A stretch of 64,000 nucleotides of DNA, from positions 29,612-93,611 of the forward strand of contig CAWBDD010000018.1 of NCBI GenBank assembly GCA_963787465.1, in the 5' to 3' direction. Under the pieces are notes generated by a model. That model was not told where the DNA came from, searched no databases, and saw nothing but the letters and a program-made list of their open reading frames with translations. Shown here one piece after another: positions 20,047 through 30,532 of the stretch. Source of the stretch: an uncultured Thermoplasmata archaeon (lineage in GTDB: Archaea; Thermoplasmatota; Thermoplasmata; UBA10834). The position numbers and the translations under genes are program-made. Each line of letters opens with the position of its first letter. Position 1 is the first letter of the stretch.

Positions 20047-22698
20047 TCACGGGGTTGGCGGCGGCGGCACTTCGCCCTTCTTCTTCCTCTTGATGAGGAT
20101 GAGGGTTGCTCCTGCCACTGCGAGAGCCGTCACGATGCCGATCACGGCAAGCGCAGCGGTGCTTATTCCGTCTCCGTCGTCGTCGCTGGTTGCTTCCACT
20201 GTCTCGATGAGGTTCATCTCGATGTCAAGCGACTCTCCAGCGACAACCGTCACGACGGTCTCGTTCGAGTCGTACCCGTCAGCCGATACCTTGAGGGTGA
20301 ACTCACCAGCAGGTAGGTACAGGAACTCGAACATTCCGTCAGTGCTCGTCATCACGGACTTGTTCTCGGTCGGGAGCATGACCACGACCGACGCATACGC
20401 GATCGGGTCGCCCGTGGCGTTGTCGTAGACATGCCCGGTCAACGTACCCGTCGTCGGCTCGAGGGTGAAGTTGAGCCAAGAGACGACACCCACCTCCAGG
20501 GTCACGTCACCTTCAGACCCTGTGAAACCAGGGGCCGTGACAGAGACATCGTATGTGCCTGGGACATCCGTCACATTGTACATACCGTCCGTGTCCGTCT
20601 TCCTGGACGATTCGCCTACGAGGACGGTAGCACCGGCAATCGGCGCTTCATCCAGGTCCTTGACGTAGCCCATTGCCCACCCGACATCGTCGCGCGCAGC
20701 GACGACCGTCACGACCAGCGTGTCTGTGTCGTTCAGTCCGCCAGGATCCGTCGCCGTCAGGGTGACTATGACATTGCCCACATTCACGAACGTGTAGCTT
20801 ACAGTGATGCCGTCGAGGGTCACCACTTCGGATGTAGGCTCCTCGAAGGTCCAGGTCCATTCCAGCGTGGTAACCGGGTCCGTCGCATCGGACGCGTTCC
20901 CCGTGAAGGACAGAGTCTCCCCGACGTAGATTGTCACGTCGTCGCCAGCGTCAGCGTCAGTCGGCGGTGCGTTCGTGCCTATCGGCGACACGTCGAAGTA
21001 GAACCACATCGTCCCCGGAGTGATGCCGGGCTGGGATTCCATGTCCGGGAAGTTGTAGAACCTGTCCGTCCTGTAGGCGTAGAGACCGAACGGGTACCAG
21101 AGCACGATGTACGGGCAGTCATTATACAGGATCTGCTGCATCTCGTTGATGATCGTCTGCCTCTCGGCCATGTCCGGGGTGTTCTGCTGCTCCACGAACA
21201 ACTCATCGTACTCAGGGTTGGTGTAGAAGGCATCCGACCATGCCGTGTAATCGTTCTGGTCTTCCGGGATCTCGTCCGTGGTCAGGACCGACAGTGCGAA
21301 GGACGGGTCGACATCGAAGTCCCACGCCCATATGTATAGGTCATACTTGCACTGGTACCAGATCGTGTACAGGTTCATCTCCGTGACACCGATTGTCGTG
21401 ATCTCCATGCCGATGGAATCGAGCCACCCCTTGATCTTGCCTGCCGCAAGCTGGTCGTCGACCTTCTCCTGCCTGTAGTAGAGAGTGAAGCTGAGCTCGG
21501 CATCTTCGTTTGTCGAGTTCTCACGGATGCCATCATCGTCGACGTCGATGTATCCAGCGGCATCGAGTGTGTCATTGGCCTTGTCTAGGTCGAACTCGAA
21601 CTCCTCGTCCTCGGTCACGTTGTAGTGCCAGAACGATGTCGCTGGCGGGATGAGCGTGCTCCCCTCCTCGGCGAGCCCCCTCAGGATCTCGTCGACGATC
21701 TGGGACTTGTCCACCGCATAGGCGATTGCCTGCCTGACCGAGAGATTCGTCGTCTCCAGGTTGTCACTCGCCGAGGGGAAGTCGTCCGACGACCTCATCC
21801 ACTCTGGGGCGCAGTTGATGCCGAGCTCGAAGATCGACATAGACTTGACCTTCTGCCCGTCGACCGACTCGGTTTCGAGAGTCTTGTCCCACGCCTTTGC
21901 GGGTACGCCTGCTGCGACGTCGATGTCGCCCGCGTAGAGCGCGGTCGTCATGGCATCGTCGGTCTTGAAGATCTGGAATATCACCTCGTCAACCTTGACG
22001 GTGTCGATGTAGTAGTCGTCGAACTTGCTGAACGTGACCACGCCGCGCACGGCGTCGTACGATTCGAGCATCAGGGGCCCTGACCCGATCGGTCCGGTAG
22101 GGAAGTACTCATCATCGAACGGATCGTGGGTAGTGAGCTCTTCGACCGGTATCAGGCTCCAGATGTGTTGCGGAAGGATCGGGACCATGATCGAAAGCAT
22201 CGTCGCCTTCGGGACCGACGTCGTGATCTGCACCGTATATCCGTCCGGGCCATCTGGGCATGAGACGTCGGTGAAGTCCTTGACATATCCGCCCCACAGG
22301 GCGCACTCCTCATCGTTGTACATGACAAGCTCGAGGGAGAACTCGACATCCTCCGCAGTGACTGCCTGACCGTCGTGCCAGGTCGCATCCTCGACAAGAT
22401 GGAATGTCCACACCGTGCCGTCGGTGTTGTGCTCCCACGACTGTGCGAGCTGCGGCCCGGGTGACAGGTCCGGCTCGACAGAGTTGAGCGTGTCATACAC
22501 CAGGAAATTGATTGTGTACGATATGCTCAGGGTCATGGCGAAGATGTTCAACGTGTCGGGGGTCTGAACATAGCCGACATACATCGTGACCGGGTCCGCG
22601 GCCACTGCCGCCTCTGCAGTCCTGATTGCTGGGGCCGCGAAGAACGCGACCGTCAGAAACGAAACACACAACGCTATCGCTACGCATCTGGACATCAT
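20047..22698 (-). CDS. large ABC substrate-binding protein (family 5) fused to PKD and carboxypeptidase-regulatory-like domains, C-terminal anchor
   Basis: Probable start at MMSRCVAIAL (signal peptide); the long ORF reaches 22803. SBP domain of about 590 aa, then Ig-like/PKD (TLTATDPGGLNDTDTLVVTV), then two CarboxypepD_reg-like beta-sandwiches, then TM helix plus KRKKKGEVPPPPTP. Confidence 0.8.
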   Translation of the reverse strand: MMSRCVAIALCVSFLTVAFFAAPAIRTAEAAVAADPVTMYVGYVQTPDTLNIFAMTLSISYTINFLVYDTLNSVEPDLSPGPQLAQSWEHNTDGTVWTFHLVEDATWHDGQAVTAEDVEFSLELVMYNDEECALWGGYVKDFTDVSCPDGPDGYTVQITTSVPKATMLSIMVPILPQHIWSLIPVEELTTHDPFDDEYFPTGPIGSGPLMLESYDAVRGVVTFSKFDDYYIDTVKVDEVIFQIFKTDDAMTTALYAGDIDVAAGVPAKAWDKTLETESVDGQKVKSMSIFELGINCAPEWMRSSDDFPSASDNLETTNLSVRQAIAYAVDKSQIVDEILRGLAEEGSTLIPPATSFWHYNVTEDEEFEFDLDKANDTLDAAGYIDVDDDGIRENSTNEDAELSFTLYYRQEKVDDQLAAGKIKGWLDSIGMEITTIGVTEMNLYTIWYQCKYDLYIWAWDFDVDPSFALSVLTTDEIPEDQNDYTAWSDAFYTNPEYDELFVEQQNTPDMAERQTIINEMQQILYNDCPYIVLWYPFGLYAYRTDRFYNFPDMESQPGITPGTMWFYFDVSPIGTNAPPTDADAGDDVTIYVGETLSFTGNASDATDPVTTLEWTWTFEEPTSEVVTLDGITVSYTFVNVGNVIVTLTATDPGGLNDTDTLVVTVVAARDDVGWAMGYVKDLDEAPIAGATVLVGESSRKTDTDGMYNVTDVPGTYDVSVTAPGFTGSEGDVTLEVGVVSWLNFTLEPTTGTLTGHVYDNATGDPIAYASVVVMLPTENKSVMTSTDGMFEFLYLPAGEFTLKVSADGYDSNETVVTVVAGESLDIEMNLIETVEATSDDDGDGISTAALAVIGIVTALAVAGATLILIKRKKKGEVPPPPTP

Positions 22699-23309
22699 GG
22701 ATGACCAATTTGCCAATGTACCGCTCTCCCCTCTCAACTTGCCGCAGGGCAGCAGGTCAAAGACCTTCCGCCCCCGCAAGCGCTTCTCTCCGCGAAACCT
22801 CACGACACTATATTAACATGCGCTCGTGCGACAAGAGTCTGGCCGTCGAAATCGAATTAGACTGTCGATTATTGTCACGGAACATCGTCGCACGGTGATT
22901 CTTCGAGATGCGTTCAGGCTCGACGGACTCACCGCAAACCTCTTTTATAGTGGGGTCCGTATTGGACGCTCGCTAGGCTCGACCGGGACGTTCGGCGTGT
23001 CCTTGTACACCGAAATCGTCGATAGCGGGGGTGACAGCTGGGGACGTCGTAACCGAACCGGCGCCGGTCCAGTTACCGACTGTGAGGCCCTGTCCGATGG
23101 GGTTGAAGGTGGCTCTGCGTGCCTGCCGGAGGGTAGGCATCTCTGCCTTCGCTGCGGAGATCGGGTCAGGCCCTGACGGGAACAGCCTTACCGTGGACTC
23201 GCAACGCTCATCGGGAAGCGGGGCCGAGGAGGTTTCTGGGTAGCCGACGCAGGGGAGGCCGGCAACTCCAGTGGCCTAGCACTTCTTTTCCACTCACATC
23301 GGTCGATCG

Positions 23310-24569
23310 TCACGTCCAGTAGGACTCGAGGAACTCCAGCCATCCGGTCTCGGAGAACGCGTACGCCTCATAGAGGTCCGTCGACACGAATGATTCCTGA
23401 GGCACCCATATCCCGAGGCCGTTCTGGAAATCGTCCGACACGTGCGAGTCCGCGATCCCCACCACGACTTCCGACAGGCTCCGCAGCACTCCGCTGCACG
23501 CATCTCGGACCTGCGAAGATGCGATGCGCTCTGCTATCGTCTCGACGAAGACCTGGATGTCCACGAAACCAGTGGACTTCTCGCCCCAGAGTATGTTGGC
23601 CTGGCACGCGGCGTAGTGCACCACGGAATCCGGGGCGTCCTTGAGCGCCTGCGCGAGCGAGGACAGCGAATCCTTCAGGCCGTCGAGTTTGGCCATGTCA
23701 ACCGCCGTGTGAGACGTCACGAGTTCTGACATGAACGGCGGGTCGAGGAAGTACTCGTAGGTCGTCGCGACTATGATCTCGGACAGCTCCCGAGGCGTGA
23801 CCCCGGGGGTGCTGAGTCCTTCGAGGATCTCGTCGTACAGGAAGCCCCTCCAGCCCGTGTAGCATTCGGCGAGCACGGCATAGCTGAGCTGCGGCAGGCC
23901 CACGTGGTACTCCCAGGCCACCTCCATCTGACCGGTCATGCACTCATCCGTCGCGATGAGATCGACGGGATGATCCTTCAGCGCCGACACGACCTCCCAG
24001 TGCGTCAGCCAGTTCGGCTCGGCGTCCGATCCGGTGTTATCGTCCCATGCGACACCCTCCGGCGAACCGTGGTCCCAGAAGATGATACAGGTCTTGGTCG
24101 CCTCAGACAAGCCCTCCGTGAACGTCACGAACCGCTCCAGCACCTCCGGCGACCCCATGTCGACCTCCACCCCGCTCAGACCTTCGCAGGTCAGTGGGTC
24201 CATCGACCCGGGATACACCTTCCAAACGGAGGCCGTGTCCTCGTACCGGTCCATAAGGACGAAGGCATCGACATAGTCGCCTGAGCCTACGCTCATGAGC
24301 TCGTCCAAGTCGATCTGCACGATGTCCTCATGATAGATGCCGGCCTCGATGTCGAGGCTGTTGTCCGCGTCCAGGTATATCAGCACCTTCCACTCGACCG
24401 CGGAGGTCTCCTCCGCTGCGACCGAGCTCAAGCACACAAGCGATGCAATCAGTCCGACCAATAGTGCGACCGGTTTCCTAGCCCTAATGCTCGCTCCCCC
24501 CCGATGTCGTCGGTCCCCAGGCCGACTGACGACGGTATCTCTCCGCGCGTATATGTCACTTGCTCGCAC
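23310..24569 (-). CDS. secreted clostripain-like cysteine peptidase (family C11)
   Basis: Signal peptide. VLIYLDADNSLD and His motif IIFWDHGSP. Catalytic Cys motif DLIATDECMTG. True start probably lies downstream of the first ATG. Confidence 0.7.
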   Translation of the reverse strand: MRASDIYARRDTVVSRPGDRRHRGGASIRARKPVALLVGLIASLVCLSSVAAEETSAVEWKVLIYLDADNSLDIEAGIYHEDIVQIDLDELMSVGSGDYVDAFVLMDRYEDTASVWKVYPGSMDPLTCEGLSGVEVDMGSPEVLERFVTFTEGLSEATKTCIIFWDHGSPEGVAWDDNTGSDAEPNWLTHWEVVSALKDHPVDLIATDECMTGQMEVAWEYHVGLPQLSYAVLAECYTGWRGFLYDEILEGLSTPGVTPRELSEIIVATTYEYFLDPPFMSELVTSHTAVDMAKLDGLKDSLSSLAQALKDAPDSVVHYAACQANILWGEKSTGFVDIQVFVETIAERIASSQVRDACSGVLRSLSEVVVGIADSHVSDDFQNGLGIWVPQESFVSTDLYEAYAFSETGWLEFLESYWT

Positions 24570-24809
24570 GCCACAGGCAGTGCCGCATGTCGATCAGAAT
24601 GATGAGATGAAGAGAGAGTCGAGCACGGCGGGGACCGCAGCGTGACAGTCCCCTTTTACTAGCTGAACCTACCCGAGCGTTTAGGCGCCCTCTCGGATTG
24701 GTTGCTAACCGCTGAGTTGCCGTGTTTCTCGCTCTCTAACATCACATAACGCTGTCGCAGGTATATGTTTTGCGGGGCACGCCGCACCGCACGCGCCCCC
24801 CAGGTCTGG

Positions 24810-25796
24810 CTACAACTTCCTGCCCCGGACACGTTCGTTGGACGACCGGCAGCCAAAGGTGTCCTCCGTCAGGTCGAACAAGGTCCTCCGGGCGCGGCCC
24901 ATCTGCAATTCGAGCCGACTTCCGGACATGATCCGCCCGCAGACTTCCGCGCCGAACCCGGCCGCCCTGAAGGAGCGCACCACGGACCTGGATCTCGCAG
25001 GCGCTGTCGTCACAACGAACCCGCAGCCCTGATACGCGGTCAGCCACTGCAGCAAGCTGACGCCCTTCGGCCGCGGGAGCATCGCGATTCGAACCTCCGC
25101 CCCGACCCCGCTCGACTCGATGAGCATGCCCAGGGTCCCCAGCGCGCCCGGGTTGCTGATGTCCTTCCCCGCCGTCAGCGATGGCGCCAGCCGGTGCATC
25201 GTCCTCACGCGGGACCGCACCTCGCGCGCGGTCTTGTGAGTGGTCGTGTCCCACGAGTAGGGCAGTCCCTTCGTGAACCGTCCATCAAGGTCAATGGCGT
25301 AGACGATGTCGTCCCCGGGCGAGGCGCCACTGCTGAGCAGGAGATGTTTCTTGTCGGTCCTCCCGAGGACCGCGACGTCCACCGCAGAGTAGGCCGTGTC
25401 CGGGTGCAGGTGCCCCCCGACCACGGGGACCCCGAACTTCTCGCTGGCGTCGGCCATCCCCGATACGATCTTCCTCCTTGCGCCCTCATCACCGCACGAG
25501 ATTATGTCGACTAGCGCGACCGGGATGCCGCCCATCGCCGCTATGTCGTTGACGTTCACAAGCACGGAGCAGTAGCCCGCCCAGTAAGGATTCTTCTCGA
25601 CCAGGTCCTGCATGATCCCGTCTGCCGCCAGCAGGAGCACCTCGTCCCCCACTTCGATTGCCGCCGCATCCTCCCCGCAAGATGCGAGGACGCCTTGCGC
25701 CGGATGTATGAGGGCCGCCGCGACCGAGGCTACGGGCCCCTTCCTCGTCACGCCTCTGTATGACCGGACATGCTCCACGATCGCATCGAGTTCCAC
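24810..25796 (-). CDS. AIR synthase-related protein (PurM/ThiL/HypE-like fold)
   Basis: GEDAAAIEVGDEVLLLAADGI and a PurM-like C-terminal domain. The Ser/Arg-rich 5' extension of the ORF overlaps the upstream gene, so a GTG start near 25796 is likely. Confidence 0.55.
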   Translation of the reverse strand: MELDAIVEHVRSYRGVTRKGPVASVAAALIHPAQGVLASCGEDAAAIEVGDEVLLLAADGIMQDLVEKNPYWAGYCSVLVNVNDIAAMGGIPVALVDIISCGDEGARRKIVSGMADASEKFGVPVVGGHLHPDTAYSAVDVAVLGRTDKKHLLLSSGASPGDDIVYAIDLDGRFTKGLPYSWDTTTHKTAREVRSRVRTMHRLAPSLTAGKDISNPGALGTLGMLIESSGVGAEVRIAMLPRPKGVSLLQWLTAYQGCGFVVTTAPARSRSVVRSFRAAGFGAEVCGRIMSGSRLELQMGRARRTLFDLTEDTFGCRSSNERVRGRKL

Positions 25797-25833
25797 GCGC
25801 CGAGAATGCCACCGTGAGGGATAAAAGGGTTCC

Positions 25834-26409
25834 TCAGAGCTTGGTCTGCGTCGTCTCCTTGAGGAACTGGCGCGCGTTGAACCGCTCGACGACGACATCT
25901 GCAAGGACACGCAGGTACTGCTCGTCCAGGTCCTTCTCGACGATCGTGGGGATGTCACTGTTGGGGACCTTGTACCCCAGCCTCGTCAGGACCACCTTCG
26001 CCTCCGTCCTCTCCTCGACCGTCGCCTTCCTCCCGTCCACGGCCCCGTCCAGCCCGCAGCGCTTTACCTCCATGTCGAAGACCGAGCGCTTGAAGAGCTT
26101 CTGAAGGCAGTAGGCGGCGAGGGTTGCACGCTCGTCGGCGGTCATTGCGACCGCACAGCTCGCTTCGCCCACCATCTCGTACATGTTCTTCTCACGTGTG
26201 GCCGACACCGAAAAGACCTTCGCGGGCTTGATGTCCTTCGCCCTGAGGATGTTCATGTCTGCCAGCGCTTTCAGGTAGCCTGTGAGCTCCAGCCTGTGGA
26301 GCTTGACCCCGCGGCTGTTCAGCTCCCTGCAGACCCCGCTGATGGACGCCGGGTCCCTCTTCAGTATCTCCAGGACCAGCTCCCTCAGGTCCTTCTCAGG
26401 TGAGAACAT
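25834..26409 (-). CDS. hypothetical protein (N-terminal winged-helix-like)
   Basis: 191 aa, protein-like composition. No recognisable motif. Confidence 0.4.
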   Translation of the reverse strand: MFSPEKDLRELVLEILKRDPASISGVCRELNSRGVKLHRLELTGYLKALADMNILRAKDIKPAKVFSVSATREKNMYEMVGEASCAVAMTADERATLAAYCLQKLFKRSVFDMEVKRCGLDGAVDGRKATVEERTEAKVVLTRLGYKVPNSDIPTIVEKDLDEQYLRVLADVVVERFNARQFLKETTQTKL

Positions 26410-26454
26410 GGGAACGAACCTGGTAACAGATTGGGTAATAAAACCCTTTTGGGC

Positions 26455-28053
26455 CTAGAACCTCGGACCGACCAACTGCCAGACTATCAAGGTCAGCACG
26501 AACAGCGACAGCACGAGTATCAGGTTCCCGACGGCCTTCTCCCTCTGTTCCTTCGTGCTCTTGGGAAGCAGCCGCGAGAACAGATAGTCCGCGCCGTCTC
26601 TGAAGATGTATCCGCCGTCCAACGGCACTGCCGGGAGGACGTTGGTGAGTCCGACCATCAGGTTCAGCCAGAATATCCAGTACATGGAGTTGGCCACAAT
26701 CCAGAACGCTGACTCTGGCATCCATTCCAGGGCCCCACCCGTTGTGTACATGTCCGTGATCGGGGCGCGGACGGGTGCGAGGTCCAGGAACGGAAGGGCG
26801 ATCAGTCTCAACCATGAGTGGGAGAAGTCTGTCAGATCCGAATCGCCGGCGAACGGGTGCGCCAAGACATTGGAGTAGTAGTCCGAATCGTACGCGTAGA
26901 GGCCGAGTGACAGGAAGCCAGCGCCTATCGAACCCCGGCCCATGTGCCAGTCCTCGTTGTCATCAGGATAGTACTCGCCGTAGAACTCATACCGGTCCGA
27001 GAGGACGATGTGTGTGATGTCGGGGTCGACGACGAACGACTCGTTCACCTCGTCGTAGCTCATGACGGATATGCTGACGTTCTGATCAGCGCTCGTTGAG
27101 TTCAGCGCCAATGTCAGATCGTCGATCGAACCGATCTCGGTCCCGTTGAGGGCTATCAGGACCATGCCAGGCTCCAGACCGCACGCGTCGCCCGCATAGC
27201 CGTCCGTGACGAACGCCACGACGACTCCGTCGACGACCCCATCCGTGGTTCGCAGCTCGCCTCCGTAATAGTACTGCACGGAGACGATGGCACCTGGTTC
27301 CGGGGCGTCCCTGTCGCTCACGTCATCGGCAGAAGTTATCGCGTCTCCGCCGACTGAGACTATAACACTCGACGGCTCGATCCCCGCCAGATTGGCCGGG
27401 GACTCCTCGACGACGCCTACCGCCAGCGCTCCGTCGTGCACCGGTTCGAGCGTCGAGAGCATGCCAGTGAAGAGGGCGAGGACGACCATTGCGGTTATGA
27501 TGTTGCTCGCGGGGCCGGCGGCGTAGAGCTTGGCCCGCTTGGATCGCGAGGTCCTCTTCGCCTCTTCTTCGTCGGGCTCGACGAACGCGCCCATCGGAAA
27601 GACCAGGAAGAGTAGACCCAGCGAGTTGACCTTGATGGACGCCATCCGGCTCATCACGCCGTGCGCGAGCTCGTGCACGATTATCGCGACAGCGAGACCA
27701 AGGATGCCGTACCAGAGAGGGATGACCGGGTTCAGGCCCGGGATCCCGAGGATCAGCTCCGGCGAGGGCGCCACGTCGATCTGGGATACGATGGTGGCCT
27801 CCCAGACAAGGAGCAGCATTATGAGGAACATCGCACCCGCACATATCCATAGCGACAGCTTTCCGTAGATGTTCCAGATGCGCTTCTTGGATGCGACCTT
27901 CTCTATGAAGTCCCGGCCGCGCTTGGTCTTCCACATGAGGAAAGGCCCGTACATGCTCATGCCGTGCCTTTCGAGCCGCTTCGTCCTGTGCAGTAGGTAA
28001 AGCCCGACAATCCACGAAACGAACACGACCAGCGCGATGAGATAACCGTTCAT
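26455..28053 (-). CDS. site-2 protease family membrane metalloprotease (M50) with PDZ domain(s)
   Basis: IVHELAHGVMSR (HExxH) within TM helices. Central PDZ-like region. C-terminal TM core LPAVPLDGG. Confidence 0.85.
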   Translation of the reverse strand: MNGYLIALVVFVSWIVGLYLLHRTKRLERHGMSMYGPFLMWKTKRGRDFIEKVASKKRIWNIYGKLSLWICAGAMFLIMLLLVWEATIVSQIDVAPSPELILGIPGLNPVIPLWYGILGLAVAIIVHELAHGVMSRMASIKVNSLGLLFLVFPMGAFVEPDEEEAKRTSRSKRAKLYAAGPASNIITAMVVLALFTGMLSTLEPVHDGALAVGVVEESPANLAGIEPSSVIVSVGGDAITSADDVSDRDAPEPGAIVSVQYYYGGELRTTDGVVDGVVVAFVTDGYAGDACGLEPGMVLIALNGTEIGSIDDLTLALNSTSADQNVSISVMSYDEVNESFVVDPDITHIVLSDRYEFYGEYYPDDNEDWHMGRGSIGAGFLSLGLYAYDSDYYSNVLAHPFAGDSDLTDFSHSWLRLIALPFLDLAPVRAPITDMYTTGGALEWMPESAFWIVANSMYWIFWLNLMVGLTNVLPAVPLDGGYIFRDGADYLFSRLLPKSTKEQREKAVGNLILVLSLFVLTLIVWQLVGPRF

Positions 28054-28089
28054 CTGACGAACCGCTTCCAGGCGATGCGGGTACGTCTA

Positions 28090-28521
28090 TTAATTGGTTT
28101 CATCGTGCTTCTGCGAGCCGCCCTGGCCGTCCATGGGCTCCGACCTGTGCCGGGCCCATTCCTCGTCGGAGAGCTGAGAGTATACGTCCAGCGGCGCATG
28201 GTCGGCCTTCGGGGCCTCCTCCTCGGCACTGGCCAGCCTGACGATCTGATCCTTCTTGAGGATCCAGAAGTGGATGCGCCAGAGCTTGCCCTTCTTCAGG
28301 AGAACCTCCTCCTGTGTGCTGGTCAGCAGACCTGCCTCCTCCAGCATGTAGAACACGTCGCGGTCCTCTGAGGTGAGCCTGTTGTCTATGACCTCTTCTG
28401 TGTATCCGAAGAAGCTCATGAGGTACTCCGCGAGGCGCTTGATCTCGTCGTCGGACATGCCCTTCTTCCCGACGGTCCTCTTGAGTGCCTTCTCTACCTG
28501 TTGCATAGTGACAACAGTCAT
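28090..28521 (-). CDS. hypothetical conserved protein
   Basis: 143 aa, helical and acidic. No known motif recognised. Confidence 0.4.
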   Translation of the reverse strand: MTVVTMQQVEKALKRTVGKKGMSDDEIKRLAEYLMSFFGYTEEVIDNRLTSEDRDVFYMLEEAGLLTSTQEEVLLKKGKLWRIHFWILKKDQIVRLASAEEEAPKADHAPLDVYSQLSDEEWARHRSEPMDGQGGSQKHDETN

Positions 28522-28574
28522 CCCTATCCCAGCATGGCAACTGAGTTCGTGGCTAAAAACGTGTCGTACCGGTA

Positions 28575-29258
28575 TCAGCCGAATATATCGTCGCAGCCGC
28601 TAACCTTGGCCACGCGCACGCCATCTATCGCCAACTTGTCGAGGACGACCTTCGCCCATTTGAGCTTCCTGCGCTTGAGCTCGCCGTCCTTCCCTGGTTT
28701 CTTCGACGGTTCCTCGAAATCGAACCCAGCCAGGAGGACCCTGCGCGCCCCCAACGCCGCACATATGCACGCGGCGCGGTCGCCGTCCGTGAAACCCCCG
28801 AAGTTGAACAGGCCCTCGACCGGCGGGCACTGGCACGTGCCCACGATTGGGTCGACGAACCTCGGGACATACCTCTTCACCGCGTCCATGTTGTCCCCGT
28901 GTGCGTGCACGAACATCGCGCTCCCCCTGGAGTTCGCTTCAATCTGTTCCTCGACGATGCCGTCGAGGTCAGTGACGATCATGTTCGGCAAGATGCCTGC
29001 CTCTAGCAAGGTGCTAGTCGCCGAGTCCGCGGCGACGATGTATCCCTCGAACTTCATGGAAGAGACCTCGTCGGCGAGGCACTTTGCGGCACCGCAGACG
29101 GTCACGGTCTGGGGGAAGAGCGGGTGGACCTTCTCGATCGATTGTCGGCCCCTGTCCCCGATGAGAGATGCCAGGAGCTGGGCGCTCTCAATATCCTTCT
29201 CCTCGCTGTAGCCGAAGTCCTTGCATATGGTGCGATAGATTGGGAGCCAGATAGACAT
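28575..29258 (-). CDS. DUF115-type protein, possible 6-hydroxymethyl-7,8-dihydropterin pyrophosphokinase (MptE-like)
   Basis: Internal start MSIWLPIY. Pattern ..IVAADSAT..LLEAGILPNMIVTDLDG...HAHGDN... resembles archaeal MptE. From memory only. Confidence 0.45.
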   Translation of the reverse strand: MSIWLPIYRTICKDFGYSEEKDIESAQLLASLIGDRGRQSIEKVHPLFPQTVTVCGAAKCLADEVSSMKFEGYIVAADSATSTLLEAGILPNMIVTDLDGIVEEQIEANSRGSAMFVHAHGDNMDAVKRYVPRFVDPIVGTCQCPPVEGLFNFGGFTDGDRAACICAALGARRVLLAGFDFEEPSKKPGKDGELKRRKLKWAKVVLDKLAIDGVRVAKVSGCDDIFG

Positions 29259-29268
29259 CCTCAGAGTG

Positions 29269-30423
29269 TCACGCCCCAGGAACCGCACCCTTGCTCTTGG
29301 CCTTCGCCTCGCTTCTGAGTGAGGCGTTGAGGACTGAGCTGAAGATTGCAATCAATATGCCCGTCACCATTTCGGCTATTACGATAACGAGGTCGTATTT
29401 GCTGTCGCCAACGAAGAGCTCCAAGGCGTCGGTCGCCCCCTGGACTATGAATCCGGTTGCGAGAACGGAGACCATCATCACGATGAACGACCACCGTATC
29501 TTCCCCGTCTGGAGGAACGCGTTCACCGCCTTCCCGGATTCGTACGCGAAGACGCCGAACACGAAGAACCAGACCGCTCCCGAGACGAAGATTATGATCG
29601 ATATCGCGAGGCTCCTGTCATGCGCCAGGAGCGACTCCTGGTAGGCGAGCGCCAGGTCGTATCCTATGAGTATCCCCACCACTGCGAGGACGAATCCGAG
29701 GATCGCGAACGGTATGACCAGGCTACCCTGCTTCGCAGAGCGCTTGACGTACTCCAACGACGCACGTGTCCAGTCCGCCCAGTGGTAGGCCCAGCCCACG
29801 AGGTAGAACCCCAGGACGACCCCTATGACGCCGAAGGCCATCTGGGAGACGAGCCCGATGTCGTCGTACCCTCCCTCCGTGAACTGGATGAGCTTGGTGA
29901 CGAGCGAGAGCATCCCCCAGATGATCAGGACGAGCGACAATGGGACGATCCACTTGCGCCTCATCTTCTCGTCCTGGAGGGTCTTCATGACCAGGTAGTA
30001 GGTTCCCTCGATGCTCTTACTCTGCTTGACATAGACCCGCCTGACGGAGTCGATCTTGATCCTCGACGAGATCACAGGGTAGATCGACTCGTCCTCCGCA
30101 CCGTCGCTCACGAGTATCGCCCTGTCGGGCTTCACGACCTCGAGGACGTTCTCCAGTTGCGTGGTCAGTATGAGGTCTGACTGGAAGCCGACGTGAGAAT
30201 CGCCTGACACGGTCGCAATCTCCGCATCCATGCCACGCTTGACGAGGTCGTCGTAGAGCTGCAGCCCGGATAGGATTGCGTTGGTGTCGACCTCCTCCGG
30301 ATCAGCCAGACCGAGGGACACCATGGCGTCGAGGTTCTCCTGGCGGCCGATGACGGGCCCACTGACACCGGCCTTTGTGCCGAGGTCGTCGTCCCTGTCT
30401 ACGCAAAGAACTAGGATCTTCAT
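29269..30423 (-). CDS. DUF373 family membrane protein
   Basis: N-terminal cytosolic domain MKILVLCVDRDDDLG..PEEVDTNAI followed by about 7 TM helices. Typical of archaeal DUF373/COG2237. Confidence 0.65.
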   Translation of the reverse strand: MKILVLCVDRDDDLGTKAGVSGPVIGRQENLDAMVSLGLADPEEVDTNAILSGLQLYDDLVKRGMDAEIATVSGDSHVGFQSDLILTTQLENVLEVVKPDRAILVSDGAEDESIYPVISSRIKIDSVRRVYVKQSKSIEGTYYLVMKTLQDEKMRRKWIVPLSLVLIIWGMLSLVTKLIQFTEGGYDDIGLVSQMAFGVIGVVLGFYLVGWAYHWADWTRASLEYVKRSAKQGSLVIPFAILGFVLAVVGILIGYDLALAYQESLLAHDRSLAISIIIFVSGAVWFFVFGVFAYESGKAVNAFLQTGKIRWSFIVMMVSVLATGFIVQGATDALELFVGDSKYDLVIVIAEMVTGILIAIFSSVLNASLRSEAKAKSKGAVPGA

Positions 30424-30532
30424 GTCAGGGCCAAGGTAATGCCTCCTGGGGGTATTTTACCATCGCTCCGGCATACTGACCAGTTTGTTCACGCGTGACT
30501 AGATACGCTTATATAATAACCTAAGAATTATC

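Noticed and set aside
22806-22816. TATA-like TTAATATAG immediately upstream of the 22803 start of the large SBP gene.
   Set aside because: It is too close to that ATG to be its promoter. It is more consistent with the gene starting at the internal MMSRCVAIAL signal-peptide start (22698).
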